A stretch of DNA of 18,495 nt from an uncultured Aquificales bacterium (GCA_964453345.1 CAYVOC010000020.1:1-18495); one strand, 5' to 3'. Numbered from the stretch's first letter, positions 1 through 9,410 are shown. A program made the numbers and translations. Notes: generated by a model from the letters alone, not told the origin.

Positions 1-1033
1 GCAACCTGCTCTGGGGACGCACCGTACCATCTAAAGGGTTATAGAAGAGCACGTTTTGGTCCACCCAGAAGAACAGGCTATCAAAATCCTCCTCTTTTTC
101 AAAATCGAGCTTCTCCTTTTCCCTGAAGTTTCTTAGAAAGTTCCAGATTTCTTCTCCATCCGGTCTATCCATCAACATCCTCAACCTTATCCACCTAAGT
201 CTTTTTATTTGCCTCTTCAGCATTTCTTCAAGGGCCTCTTTTTCTCCCAAGCCCCTTCTTCTGTCTTCAGAAAGGGAAACCATGTCTCCGAGTTTACCAC
301 CTATGTAGTCCCAAACAAGCATTTTATCCTCGAAACCGAACTCTTCGTATACCCTGAAGGCATTCTCTTTATCCAGATCGTCCACAAGTATATACTTTGC
401 CCGGCCCTCAAGCCGGGCGCTGCTGTAGATATCCTCTATGAACAGACAATCGCTGGTGGCGCAAAGAACATGGCAAAGATGGGTCTCCTTGGTTATTCTC
501 ACTGCAAAATTGAACAGTCTTACAAGAAGAGGCCTCCCTACCGCATTCAATTCATCCTTCAACACCTGTATCTCATCCAGAACCAACACAGGTCTTTTTC
601 CTTTATCAAATAGGCTCTTCATTAATCTTTCTAAGTAGTGAAACAGATCTATCTTCTCGGGATTCTCTCCTCCAATCTGAAGTTTAGCTATCACCTCACC
701 GGGAAGCTCTATGGAAGTGTTTATCTTCCGGGCAACCCTCTCCACATACTCAACCGCTGCAGCCACAACCGGCAGATTCTTTCTAAGCTTGGCCCATAGA
801 CTGTCATCCCCCAGTTCAAAAAACGCCCTTGTGAACTTAGTGTATCCTCCCTCAAATCCCCTGAAATTTATGTAGAAAATTCGATAATCATCGGGCAGAT
901 CCTCAAACACCCTGTTGAGAAGCGCCGTTTTGCCGCTGTTTATGGGTCCATAGACAAAATAGACAAAGTTCGGCTCACCGCTTAAGATTGTCTTCAGCTC
1001 CTCCCTTTCCCTTTCGCGATCATAAAAGGGCAT
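1..1033 (-). CDS. Archaeal-type P-loop ATPase (ATPase_2 / Methanocaldococcus MJ-type), 3' end outside the window
   Basis: Not in the ORF track (no stop in window). Hand translation from ATG 1033: MPFYDREREREELKTILSGEPNFVYFVYGPINSGKTALL (Walker A), KRPVLVLDEIQ (Walker B), LFNFAVRITKETHLCHVLCATSDCLF, and at the edge NVLFYNPLDGTVRPQSRL in the same frame. Segments were checked, not every codon. Start overlaps the iorB end by 14 nt. Confidence 0.88.
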   Translation of the reverse strand, partial: MPFYDREREREELKTILSGEPNFVYFVYGPINSGKTALLNRVFEDLPDDYRIFYINFRGFEGGYTKFTRAFFELGDDSLWAKLRKNLPVVAAAVEYVERVARKINTSIELPGEVIAKLQIGGENPEKIDLFHYLERLMKSLFDKGKRPVLVLDEIQVLKDELNAVGRPLLVRLFNFAVRITKETHLCHVLCATSDCLFIEDIYSSARLEGRAKYILVDDLDKENAFRVYEEFGFEDKMLVWDYIGGKLGDMVSLSEDRRRGLGEKEALEEMLKRQIKRLRWIRLRMLMDRPDGEEIWNFLRNFREKEKLDFEKEEDFDSLFFWVDQNVLFYNPLDGTVRPQSRL

Positions 1034-1595
1034 TCTCCACTCCCAGCATGAAGGACTCTGCGTTGATTCTGTGCAGCTTCTCGGGAAGGGTAAACTCTAT
1101 TGCCCTGATCCACTCCTCCTTAGCCCACGGAAGGTGCCGTGCCAAAGCGCCCAGCATGACGGTGTTGAGGGTGCGGATGTTGCCGGCCTTTTTGGCGAGT
1201 TCCACGGCGTTTATGGGATAGACTTTGAAGTGTTTTGAAAGCATGGATACCGGATCATCCGGGTAGGTTGCCTCGCCGCTCAGGACGGTCATGGGGCTTA
1301 TTCTCTGGGTGTTTACAAGAACCACAGCGCCCGGTTTTAGATACTTTGCGTATCTTAAAGCCTCAAGTTCCTCAAAGGCAAGCATGTAGTCGGCGCATCC
1401 CAAGGGGATAACCGGGGAGTGGACTTTTTGGGCTATTCTCACATGGGAGAAGACGCTTCCTCCCCTCTGGGCCATGCCGTGGATCTCGCTCTTTTTGGCG
1501 TCAAGCCCCTTCATTAGGGCAAGGTTGCCTATTATCTCTGAAGCCACAAGGACCCCCTGCCCTCCAACGCCGCAGATTATTATGTCAATTTTCAT
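1020..1595 (-). CDS. iorB: Indolepyruvate ferredoxin oxidoreductase beta subunit
   Basis: GVGGQG, SEIHGMAQRGGSVFSHVR, LAFEELEALR, NTVMLGAL motifs; adjacent to iorA. Start placed at the second ATG (1595) by GGAGG spacing; 1601 is the alternative. Confidence 0.95.
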   Translation of the reverse strand: MKIDIIICGVGGQGVLVASEIIGNLALMKGLDAKKSEIHGMAQRGGSVFSHVRIAQKVHSPVIPLGCADYMLAFEELEALRYAKYLKPGAVVLVNTQRISPMTVLSGEATYPDDPVSMLSKHFKVYPINAVELAKKAGNIRTLNTVMLGALARHLPWAKEEWIRAIEFTLPEKLHRINAESFMLGVENALL

Positions 1596-3309
1596 TGCCA
1601 TCCTCCCCTATGGCGTCAACGGGGCACACATAGGCGCATATGCCGCATCCGAAGCAGAGTATTTCGTCTATTTTGGCCTTGCCGTTCATGCTGAGGGCCA
1701 TGCAGCCAACCTTCAAGCACGCCCCGCAGGCTATGCACTTTTCCTCATCAACGGTGTATTTTGTGTCGGGTCTTTTGGTTATGAGGGTGCACGGTCTTCT
1801 GGTTATTATCACAGACGGCTCGGGCGCCTCCACCTCCTCCTTTATCACCTTGTAGAGTTCGTCCACTTTATAGGGATCAACAACCCTTATTCTCTTTATG
1901 CCCAGGGTCTTCGCAATCTCCTCCGGCAGGATTCTGGTGGTCTTCTCCCCTTTGGCGTTGAGTCCTGTTCCGGGATGGGGCTGTTTGCCCGTCATGGCGG
2001 TGGTTCCGTTGTCCATTATGATCACCGTCGCAGAGGAGCCGTTGTAGGCTATGTTCATAAGGGAGGTGATTCCACTGTGCATGAAGGTGGAATCGCCTAT
2101 TATGGCAACGGCGTCCTTCATACCGGCCATGTTGGCCCCATGCACCATGGAGACACCGGCACCCATGCAGACGCAGGAGTGTATGCTGGACAAGGGCTTC
2201 AGGGCTCCGAGGGTGTAGCAGCCTATATCACCGAAGACCTTTACCTTGGCCTTTTTGAGGGCAACGAACACCCCTCTGTGGGGGCATCCCGGACACAAGG
2301 TTGGAGGTCTTGCCGGTATATGGTCAAAGGAAACGTATTTGGGCTTGTAGTTTTTGTCCACAGCCGCCTTCACAAGATCGGGGCTGAACTCGCCCTCCTC
2401 AGGGAAGATCTCCTTGCCCACAACCTCTATGCCCCACGCCTTGAGTTGAGTCTCTATTACAGGGTCAAGCTCCTCCACCACATAAAGAACCTCTACCTTT
2501 TCTGCAAAGTCCCTTATGAGGGATTCCGGAAGCGGGTTTATCACACCAAGCTTAAGGACAGAGGCATCGGGAAAGGCCTCTTTCACATACTGATAGCATA
2601 TACCTGAGGTTACAAAGCCAACTCTTTCATCCCTTAGCTCAACCACATTCAGATCCGACTTTTCTGAAAACTCCTTGAGCCTTTTCTCCCTTTCAAGAAC
2701 GAAGGTGTGCCTTCCCTTGGCAAAGGCGGGAAGCATGACCCACTTTGTGGGATCAAGAACGGGTTCTTTTGGGGAAGGCTCCTTTCTTTCTCCCACCTCA
2801 ACGGCGCACTTGGAGTGGGATATCCTTGTGGTCAGCCTTATAACAACGGGGGTGTCAAACTCTTCAGATAGACCGAAGGCGATTTTTGTGAAGTTCAGCG
2901 CTTCTTGCGAGTCGGCGGGTTCAAGGGCCAGAACCCTTGCGGCTTTTATGTAGTTTCTGGTGTCCTGCTCGTTCTGGGAGCTGTAGAGTCCGGGATCGTC
3001 GGCGACCGCCACAACAAGCCCTGCGTTGACGCCGGTGTAGGAGAGGGTCATGAAGGGATCAGCGGCAACGTTCAGCCCCACATGCTTCATGGACGCCATG
3101 GAGCGAACGCCGGCGAAGCAGGCGCCTATGGCGGCCTCCAGAGCCACCTTCTCGTTGGGCGCCCACTCTGCATGGACTTCAGGGTATCGGGTGAGATTCT
3201 GGAGGATCTCGGTCGCCGGGGTCCCGGGGTATGAGGAGGCAAACCTGAGGCCCGCCTCCCAGGCTCCCCTTGCAACCGCCTCGTTGCCGGATAGAAAAAG
3301 TCTTTTCAT
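1585..3309 (-). CDS. iorA: Indolepyruvate ferredoxin oxidoreductase alpha subunit
   Basis: LSGNEAVARGA, YPGTP, NEKVALE, MKHVGLNVAADP, SSQNEQD, CPGCPH, GDIGCY, TPP motif GDSTFMHSG...DN, C-terminal ferredoxin-like motifs CIACGAC and CFGCGICAYVCP. Confidence 0.97.
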   Translation of the reverse strand: MKRLFLSGNEAVARGAWEAGLRFASSYPGTPATEILQNLTRYPEVHAEWAPNEKVALEAAIGACFAGVRSMASMKHVGLNVAADPFMTLSYTGVNAGLVVAVADDPGLYSSQNEQDTRNYIKAARVLALEPADSQEALNFTKIAFGLSEEFDTPVVIRLTTRISHSKCAVEVGERKEPSPKEPVLDPTKWVMLPAFAKGRHTFVLEREKRLKEFSEKSDLNVVELRDERVGFVTSGICYQYVKEAFPDASVLKLGVINPLPESLIRDFAEKVEVLYVVEELDPVIETQLKAWGIEVVGKEIFPEEGEFSPDLVKAAVDKNYKPKYVSFDHIPARPPTLCPGCPHRGVFVALKKAKVKVFGDIGCYTLGALKPLSSIHSCVCMGAGVSMVHGANMAGMKDAVAIIGDSTFMHSGITSLMNIAYNGSSATVIIMDNGTTAMTGKQPHPGTGLNAKGEKTTRILPEEIAKTLGIKRIRVVDPYKVDELYKVIKEEVEAPEPSVIITRRPCTLITKRPDTKYTVDEEKCIACGACLKVGCMALSMNGKAKIDEILCFGCGICAYVCPVDAIGEDGNEN

Positions 3310-3902
3310 CTGACAACCTCCAGGACCTTCTCGGCGTCCCTGGCGAAGGGGGAATCAGGGAACTTGCCCTTGAGGGTCGTCAGCTCTTTTTTAGCCGCAT
3401 CCTTCTGTCCCTTCTCAAGGTAGAGCATGGCAAGCTCAAACCTCACGTAATCCTCAAGGAAGGGGTTGTCCCTGCCGACGTAGGCTTTCAACTTCTCAAG
3501 ATCCTGGGTTGCAACCACAAAGACGGGTTCAAAGTGGGAACCGGAAAGCTTACCCAAAGCCTTTTCTATCAGGACCTTGCCTTCTTTTTTCTTGCCCATA
3601 TGCATCAGCACCCTTCCCCTCATGGCCTCCGCAAGAACCGACTCTTTACCCGCCCCCACCTCCTCGGCCTTTTTGAAGTAGTCAAGGGCGCTCTTCAACT
3701 TTTCCTCATCCTTTTTAACAAGCGCCTCTGAGTAGGCCTGAAGCCCCTTGCTGAAGAAATAGGCCGCCTGCTCTCTCTTTTTCTGCCTGATGTGGGATAC
3801 TATTCCGAAGGCGACCACAAGCACAATAACGGCAGCAATCGCCGCCACAACGGCTGTTCTGTTCTCGTAAAGCCAGTCTGCAAAGGTTCTCTTGTCCTCC
3901 AT
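3306..3902 (-). CDS. Membrane-anchored tetratricopeptide-repeat protein (YfgM-like)
   Basis: DWLYENR followed by one hydrophobic helix and a basic patch, then helical TPR-like repeats ending FELAMLYLEKGQKDAAKKEL...FPDSPFARDA. Stop overlaps the iorA start (ATGA). Confidence 0.75.
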   Translation of the reverse strand: MEDKRTFADWLYENRTAVVAAIAAVIVLVVAFGIVSHIRQKKREQAAYFFSKGLQAYSEALVKKDEEKLKSALDYFKKAEEVGAGKESVLAEAMRGRVLMHMGKKKEGKVLIEKALGKLSGSHFEPVFVVATQDLEKLKAYVGRDNPFLEDYVRFELAMLYLEKGQKDAAKKELTTLKGKFPDSPFARDAEKVLEVVR

Positions 3903-3905
3903 CGG

Positions 3906-4565
3906 TTATCCTCCCAAAAGAAGTTCTTTCGCCCACTTTTTTTGCTCTTCTATTATCTGCATAGCCAGATCCCTATTTATACCTGCCCCCTCAAGAACCT
4001 TCAAAGCCATGTCCATATCCATCAGATCCGATGGGGAGTGGCTGTCCGTGTCAAAGACAAGCTTCGCCCCGAACTCCAAGGCGAGTTTCGCCACATGTCC
4101 GTTGGTGAAGGAGTGCCCCTTTCTTCCGGATATCTCAAGCCTCACGCCCTTTTCAGCGGCCAGCTTCACTTCCTCCGGCGCTATAAGCCCGGGATGGGCC
4201 AATATATCCACCCCCGCCTCAATTGCGGCCCTGTTGGTGCCGGGCGCCACAGGCTCAACAACGGTCTCCCCGTGAACCACAACGATTTTGGCGCCAAGCC
4301 TTCTGGCAAGGGCAACCGCCTCAGGGATAAGCTGTGGTGGCACATGGGTTATCTCTATGCCCGGTATCACCTTTATCCCGAGGTCAAGGGCGTTTATCTT
4401 TTCGGCCGCCTTTATAACGGAAGGAATGATCTGCTCCATGTTGGAAAAGTCCCCGTGATCGGTTATGGCGATGAACTCTATTCCCTTAACCAGGGCCCTT
4501 CTTGCAAGTTCTGAGGGTATAAGTTCACCATCGCTAAAAACCGTGTGCATGTGCAGATCCACCAT
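3906..4565 (-). CDS. PHP-family metal-dependent phosphoesterase (histidinol-phosphate phosphatase domain-containing); substrate unknown
   Basis: DLHMHTVFSDG, AITDH, PGIEITHVPP, VVHGET, ILAHPG, DTDSH metal-ligand motifs; GGGGTGAGG RBS upstream. Confidence 0.9.
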   Translation of the reverse strand: MVDLHMHTVFSDGELIPSELARRALVKGIEFIAITDHGDFSNMEQIIPSVIKAAEKINALDLGIKVIPGIEITHVPPQLIPEAVALARRLGAKIVVVHGETVVEPVAPGTNRAAIEAGVDILAHPGLIAPEEVKLAAEKGVRLEISGRKGHSFTNGHVAKLALEFGAKLVFDTDSHSPSDLMDMDMALKVLEGAGINRDLAMQIIEEQKKWAKELLLGG

Positions 4566-4583
4566 TGCCTCACCCCTTCAAAT

Positions 4584-4603
4584 TTGCTAATGGGATTTAG
4601 CAA
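4584..4603. promoter_or_regulatory. Inverted repeat in the divergent PHP/truB intergenic region, possible operator
   Basis: TTGCTAA-TGGGAT-TTAGCAA (7-6-7) inside a 71-bp divergent spacer. Confidence 0.4.
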
Positions 4604-4636
4604 CATTGCCCCACATTTACAAGCGAAGGGAGCAGG

Positions 4637-5557
4637 ATGGAGGAGATAACAGGGGTTATAGTGGTCAACAAGCATCAGGGCATCACCTCCACCAAGGTGG
4701 TGGAAAAAATCAGAAGGCTTTTGAAGGTCAAGAAGGCGGGGCACTTGGGAACCCTTGACCCCATGGCGACAGGGGTTCTACCCATAGCAGTGGGAAGAGC
4801 GACAAAGCTTGCCGAAATCTTCATGAGTCTTCCCAAGGAATACGTGGGAAAGATAAAATTAGGAGTGCTCACTGACACCTACGACAGAGAAGGCAAGGTC
4901 ATTGAAGAGAAGGAGGTGCCGGAGATCACAGAAGATCAGATAAGGGAAGTATTCAAGAAGTTCACAGGGGAAATCTGGCAGGTGCCCCCGCTGTATTCGG
5001 CCAAAAGATACAAGGGCAAAAGGCTGTATCAGCTTGCAAGGGAAGGAAAAGAAGTTGAGCTTGAGCCCAAGAGGGTCTATATTGACGAGCTGCGACTTAT
5101 AGGTTATGAGCCGCCATACATAAAGTTCTTTGCCCGTGTGGGCAAGGGGGTTTATATAAGAACATTGGCAAAGGACATAGGGGAAGCTCTGGGAACGGTG
5201 GGAACCCTGTGGGATCTGGCAAGGACCTCGGCGGCAGGGTTCACCATGGATCAGGCGGTAAGTCTGGATGAGCTTAAAGAGATGGAGCTTGAAGAAAGAA
5301 GAAAGCTGGTAATTCCTCTGAAGGACTGCTTCCCGGGATTCCCATCTCTGAAGGTCATGGGAAGGCTCAAGTGGTGGATAACCGTGGGAAACCCGGTTGT
5401 GATAACGCCGGAGGAGCTGGGTAAGGACTCCCTGGAAGAGGGGGATTACATAAAGATACTGAACGAGGATGGGGATATGATAGCCCTTGGAAGGGTGAAG
5501 AGATCACCCGAGGGAAGGTGGCTCTGCCATCCCTTCAAGGTGCTTTACACATCGTAA
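4637..5557 (+). CDS. truB: tRNA pseudouridine(55) synthase
   Basis: KKAGHLGTLDPMATGVL (catalytic Asp), QVPPLYSAKRYKGKRLYQLAREG, GVYIRTLAKDIG; C-terminal PUA-like region. Confidence 0.97.
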   Translation: MEEITGVIVVNKHQGITSTKVVEKIRRLLKVKKAGHLGTLDPMATGVLPIAVGRATKLAEIFMSLPKEYVGKIKLGVLTDTYDREGKVIEEKEVPEITEDQIREVFKKFTGEIWQVPPLYSAKRYKGKRLYQLAREGKEVELEPKRVYIDELRLIGYEPPYIKFFARVGKGVYIRTLAKDIGEALGTVGTLWDLARTSAAGFTMDQAVSLDELKEMELEERRKLVIPLKDCFPGFPSLKVMGRLKWWITVGNPVVITPEELGKDSLEEGDYIKILNEDGDMIALGRVKRSPEGRWLCHPFKVLYTS

Positions 5558-5581
5558 AAATTAAGGTCGGAGGTGATAGTA

Positions 5582-5851
5582 GTGAGCATTACAAAGGAAA
5601 GGAAGCAGGAACTAATCAGGCAGTTTCAGAAGCATGAAAACGACACCGGATCCGTTGAGGTTCAGATCGCCCTGCTGACGGAGAGGATAAACCGTCTCAC
5701 CGAGCACTTCGCCAAGCACAAGCATGACACCAACTCCAAAAGGGGCCTTCTGCGCCTCGTTGGAAGAAGGAGAAAGCTTCTCAAGTATCTGGCAAGGACC
5801 AATCCCGAAAGATACAGAGAGGTAATAACAAAACTGGGACTCAGGAAGTAA
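5582..5851 (+). CDS. rpsO: 30S ribosomal protein S15
   Basis: [43 protein letters not shown]. Start moved to GTG 5582 because GGAGGT lies at 5569-5574. Confidence 0.98.
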   Translation: MSITKERKQELIRQFQKHENDTGSVEVQIALLTERINRLTEHFAKHKHDTNSKRGLLRLVGRRRKLLKYLARTNPERYREVITKLGLRK

Positions 5852-5854
5852 GCC

Positions 5855-8086
5855 ATGGGGGCAAAGACAGTAGAGTGCGAAATTGCGGGTGGCAAAAGGA
5901 TAGTTATAGAGACGGGCAAGGTTGCCAAGCAGGCAAACGGCTCTGTTGTGGTGCGCTGCGGCGGCTCCATGGTGCTGGTCACCGCCTGCTGTTCCGAGGA
6001 GCCCATAGAGGGGCTGGACTTCTTCCCGCTCACCGTTGAATACAGGGAGAGGGCCTATGCGGCGGGCAAGATTCCGGGGGGCTTCATAAAGCGCGAAGGA
6101 AAGCCCATGGACAACGAGATACTCGTCTCCCGTCTCATAGACAGGCCCATAAGACCCCTCTTCCCCGACGGGTTCAGGCATGAGGTTCAGGTGATGGCCT
6201 TGGTGATCTCCGCCGACGAGGAGTATCCCCCGGATGTTCTTGCCATTGTGGGAGCATCCGCCGCCCTGTCCATATCGGACATCCCCTTTGACGGTCCCAT
6301 AGGGGCTGTGAGGGTCGGTCTCATTGACGGAGAGTTCATAGCCAACCCCTCCCAGGAGCAGATGGAAGCATCCCAGCTCAACATCGTGGTGGCGGGAACC
6401 GAGGATGCCATAGTGATGGTTGAGGCAGGTGCGAAGGAGGTCCCCGAGGAAACGATAATAGAAGCCCTGAAGTTTGCCCATGAGGAGATTAAGAAGCTTG
6501 TGGCTATACAGAAGGAGCTGGTGGCCGAGGTTGGCAAGGAGAAGATCGCCTTTGAGCCTCCTCCCCCCACGGAGGAGTATGAGAAGCTCATCGAGGAGAA
6601 CTACCTTGACGAACTGCTTTCCGCCATAAGGGTGCCCGGTAAAAAGGCAAGGGAAAAGGCGCTAAAAGAGCTGAAAAAGCGCATACTTGAGGGGTATCCC
6701 GAGGAGGAGCAGCCCTTAGTGGCTTCCGCCTTTGACAAGGTGGAAAAGAGGCAGATGCGCAAAATGATCCTTGAACAGGGAATAAGGGCGGATGGAAGGG
6801 GCCTGAAGGACATAAGGCCCATAACCTGTGAAGTTGGTGTGCTTCCCGAAGCCCACGGTTCTGCTCTGTTCACCAGGGGAGAAACCCAGGCCTTAGTTGC
6901 CGTTACCCTTGGTATGCCGGGCGAAGACGAGCAGATGCTGGATGAGCTGTTCGGCGAGGGGTCAAAGCCCTTCATGGTCCACTACAACTTCCCCCCCTTC
7001 TCCGTTGGTGAGGTGAGGCCCTTAAGGGGACCCTCCAGAAGGGAGATAGGGCACGGTGCCCTTGCGGAAAGGGCCCTTGCTCCCATGGTTCCCGTAAAGA
7101 GCGAGGAGTTTCCGTATATCGTGAGGGTCGTCTCCGACATCCTTGAGTCCAACGGCTCCTCCAGCATGGCAACGGTGTGCGGTGGTTCCCTCGCCCTGAT
7201 GGACGCAGGGGTTCCCATAAAGAAGCCGGTTGCCGGCATCGCCATGGGCCTCATCATGGACGAGGAAACGGGCAAATACGCCATTCTGTCCGACATACTG
7301 GGCATGGAGGACCACTTGGGAGATATGGACTTCAAGGTGGCGGGAACTGAGGACGGCATAACCGCCCTTCAGATGGACATAAAGATAAGCGGCATCACCT
7401 GGGACATCATGGCAGAAGCCCTGCAGCAGGCGAAGGAGGGAAGGCTCTACATACTTGAGAAGATGAAGGAGACCCTTCCCGCTCCAAGGCCCGAGCTTTC
7501 ACCCAAGGCGCCCAGGATACTGTGCATGCAGATAAAGCCCGACTTCATAAGGGATGTGATAGGACCCGGTGGAAGGACCATAAGGGCCATCATAGACAAG
7601 ACCGGCGCAAGGATCTTCATAGACGAGAACGGGTTGGTGACCGTCTCCGCAGAGAGCGAAGAGGCAGCCAAGGAGGCACTGGAGATAATCTCAAAGATAG
7701 CCCACGAATACCACGTGGGCGAGCTCGTCAAAGGAAAAGTAAAGAGGATTGAGGACTACGGACTCTTTATAGAGGTCGCCCCAGGCAGAGAGGGCCTGCT
7801 GCACATATCCCAGATATCCGACAGAAGGATAAGGGATCTCAGGGAAGAGTTCCACATAGGGGATGAGGTGGAAGCCAAGATCATGGAGATAGACGATCTT
7901 GGCAGGTTCAGGCTCACAAGAAGGGGCCTTGAAGGCGGTCCCAAGGAGGAACCTGAAAGGCCTGCAGCTTCCCCAAGGCGCCCCCACCAGACAGGAAGGC
8001 CTTCAGGGCCGAGGGGACCTCAGAGAAATCAGAAACCCCACCAGAACAGGGGCAGGGATAATAGAGAAAGAAGGGACAGGTTCTGA
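5855..8086 (+). CDS. pnp: Polyribonucleotide nucleotidyltransferase (PNPase)
   Basis: DFFPLTVEY, AAGKIPGGFIKREG, HGSALFTRGETQ, RREIGHGALAERAL, ESNGSSSMATVCG, DHLGDMDFKVAGT; KH (VIGPGG) and S1 (GLLHISQI) domains; follows rpsO. Confidence 0.99.
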   Translation: MGAKTVECEIAGGKRIVIETGKVAKQANGSVVVRCGGSMVLVTACCSEEPIEGLDFFPLTVEYRERAYAAGKIPGGFIKREGKPMDNEILVSRLIDRPIRPLFPDGFRHEVQVMALVISADEEYPPDVLAIVGASAALSISDIPFDGPIGAVRVGLIDGEFIANPSQEQMEASQLNIVVAGTEDAIVMVEAGAKEVPEETIIEALKFAHEEIKKLVAIQKELVAEVGKEKIAFEPPPPTEEYEKLIEENYLDELLSAIRVPGKKAREKALKELKKRILEGYPEEEQPLVASAFDKVEKRQMRKMILEQGIRADGRGLKDIRPITCEVGVLPEAHGSALFTRGETQALVAVTLGMPGEDEQMLDELFGEGSKPFMVHYNFPPFSVGEVRPLRGPSRREIGHGALAERALAPMVPVKSEEFPYIVRVVSDILESNGSSSMATVCGGSLALMDAGVPIKKPVAGIAMGLIMDEETGKYAILSDILGMEDHLGDMDFKVAGTEDGITALQMDIKISGITWDIMAEALQQAKEGRLYILEKMKETLPAPRPELSPKAPRILCMQIKPDFIRDVIGPGGRTIRAIIDKTGARIFIDENGLVTVSAESEEAAKEALEIISKIAHEYHVGELVKGKVKRIEDYGLFIEVAPGREGLLHISQISDRRIRDLREEFHIGDEVEAKIMEIDDLGRFRLTRRGLEGGPKEEPERPAASPRRPHQTGRPSGPRGPQRNQKPHQNRGRDNRERRDRF

Positions 8087-8100
8087 TTAGAACCTGTCCC
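8073..8100. terminator. Probable bidirectional hairpin terminator between convergent pnp and aspartokinase
   Basis: Perfect 12-bp stem GGGACAGGTTCT (8073-8084) / AGAACCTGTCCC (8089-8100), loop GATT; pyrimidine-rich tails on both strands, though without clean poly-U. Confidence 0.7.
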
Positions 8101-8111
8101 CTTTGCTCTCT

Positions 8112-9335
8112 TTACTTCTCCTCTCCCAGACCGAAGGCGTCGTGCAGGGCCCTCACGGCAAGCTCGCAGTATTTATCCTCTATGATGCAGGAGACCTTGA
8201 TTTCGGATGTGCTGATCATGAGAATGTTGATCCCTTCGTTGGCGAGGGTCTCAAACATCTTGGCCGCAACACCCGGATGGGAGCGCATGCCCACACCCAC
8301 TATTGAGACCTTGGCAATGCGCTCATCGGTGGTGTAGCCCTTGGCCCCTATCTCTTTTACCACATCCTCTATCACCTTCACGGCCTTGGGCAGATCGGTC
8401 TCGGCAACGGTGAAGGAGACATCGGTGAGCCCCTCATGGGAAACATTCTGAACAATCACATCAACGTTTATGTTGGCCTCAGCAAGGGGCTTGAAGATGC
8501 TCTTGGCTATACCGGGCCTGTCGGGAACATCTATGACGGTGATTCTGGCCTGGTTCTTGTCGTGGGTCACTGCTGATACAAGCACCTCTTCCATATCCTG
8601 CGTGTAAGGCACAACCATGGTTCCCTCCTCATCAACAAATGATGACCTAACATGTATGGGTATTCCATACTTCATACCTATCTCAACCGAGCGGACCTGG
8701 AGCACCTTGGCCCCGGCGCTCGCCATCTCAAGCATCTCCTCAAAGCAGATTCTGTCAAGCTTTCTGGCGTTGGGGACAATCCTGGGATCGGCGGTGTATA
8801 CCCCCTTCACATCTGTGTATATCTCGCACACATCCGCCTTAAGAGCCGCCGCCAGGGCAACCGCCGTGGTATCCGAGCCTCCCCTGCCCAGGGTTGTGAC
8901 ATCGTGGGAGAGCTCCGACACGCCCTGGAAACCGGCAACAACCGCTATCTCGCCCCTTTTGAGGGCCTCAAGAATGTTGTTCGCCTCGATCCTCTTTATG
9001 CGCGCCTTGGTGTGGGCATCGTCGGTTATGAATCCAGCCTGGCGTCCGGTGAAGGATCTGGCCTTGTAGCCCATGGCCTTCAGCGCTATGGCAAGCAGAG
9101 CCGCAGACACCCTTTCGCCGGAGGAAAGCAGCAGATCCATCTCCCTCTCATCGGGAAGATCAGCAAGCTGCTTGGCAAGGTTGATGAGCCTGTCGGTCTC
9201 CCCCGCCATGGCGGAGACCACCACAACCACATCGTGCCCCTGATCCTTGGTCTTGGCCACCCTTCTTGCAACATTCTTTATCCTATCAATATCGCCAACA
9301 GAGGTTCCTCCAAACTTCTGAACCACCAGCGCCAT
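8112..9335 (-). CDS. lysC: Aspartate kinase (monofunctional, two ACT domains)
   Basis: [53 protein letters not shown] domains ([30 protein letters not shown]). Start at ATG 9335 (MALVVQKF). Confidence 0.97.
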   Translation of the reverse strand: MALVVQKFGGTSVGDIDRIKNVARRVAKTKDQGHDVVVVVSAMAGETDRLINLAKQLADLPDEREMDLLLSSGERVSAALLAIALKAMGYKARSFTGRQAGFITDDAHTKARIKRIEANNILEALKRGEIAVVAGFQGVSELSHDVTTLGRGGSDTTAVALAAALKADVCEIYTDVKGVYTADPRIVPNARKLDRICFEEMLEMASAGAKVLQVRSVEIGMKYGIPIHVRSSFVDEEGTMVVPYTQDMEEVLVSAVTHDKNQARITVIDVPDRPGIAKSIFKPLAEANINVDVIVQNVSHEGLTDVSFTVAETDLPKAVKVIEDVVKEIGAKGYTTDERIAKVSIVGVGMRSHPGVAAKMFETLANEGINILMISTSEIKVSCIIEDKYCELAVRALHDAFGLGEEK

Positions 9336-9375
9336 CTCAACCCCCAAACGAATGAAATCACAATCCTTAGCCTCC

Positions 9376-9402
9376 CTTATATCAACCCACTCACCCTGTC
9401 AA
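9376..9402 (-). promoter_or_regulatory. Candidate sigma70 promoter of lysC
   Basis: Minus strand TTGACA (9402-9397), 15-nt spacer, TG-A-TATAAG (extended -10-like). The spacer is short. Confidence 0.45.
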
Positions 9403-9410
9403 CCACCCAC

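Noticed and set aside
209-638. Plus-strand ORFs 209-613 and 438-638
   Set aside because: Antisense to the minus-strand ATPase, which has clear Walker A and B motifs.
1474-2607. 377-aa plus-strand ORF and other long antisense ORFs (e.g. 3792-4514, 5612-6481, 8652-9488, 12225-12812)
   Set aside because: They lie opposite well-supported genes and have no recognisable motifs; typical shadow ORFs.
4584-4603. CIRCE (HrcA) element
   Set aside because: CIRCE is TTAGCACTC-N9-GAGTGCTAA; here the arms are in the opposite order, shorter and 6 nt apart.
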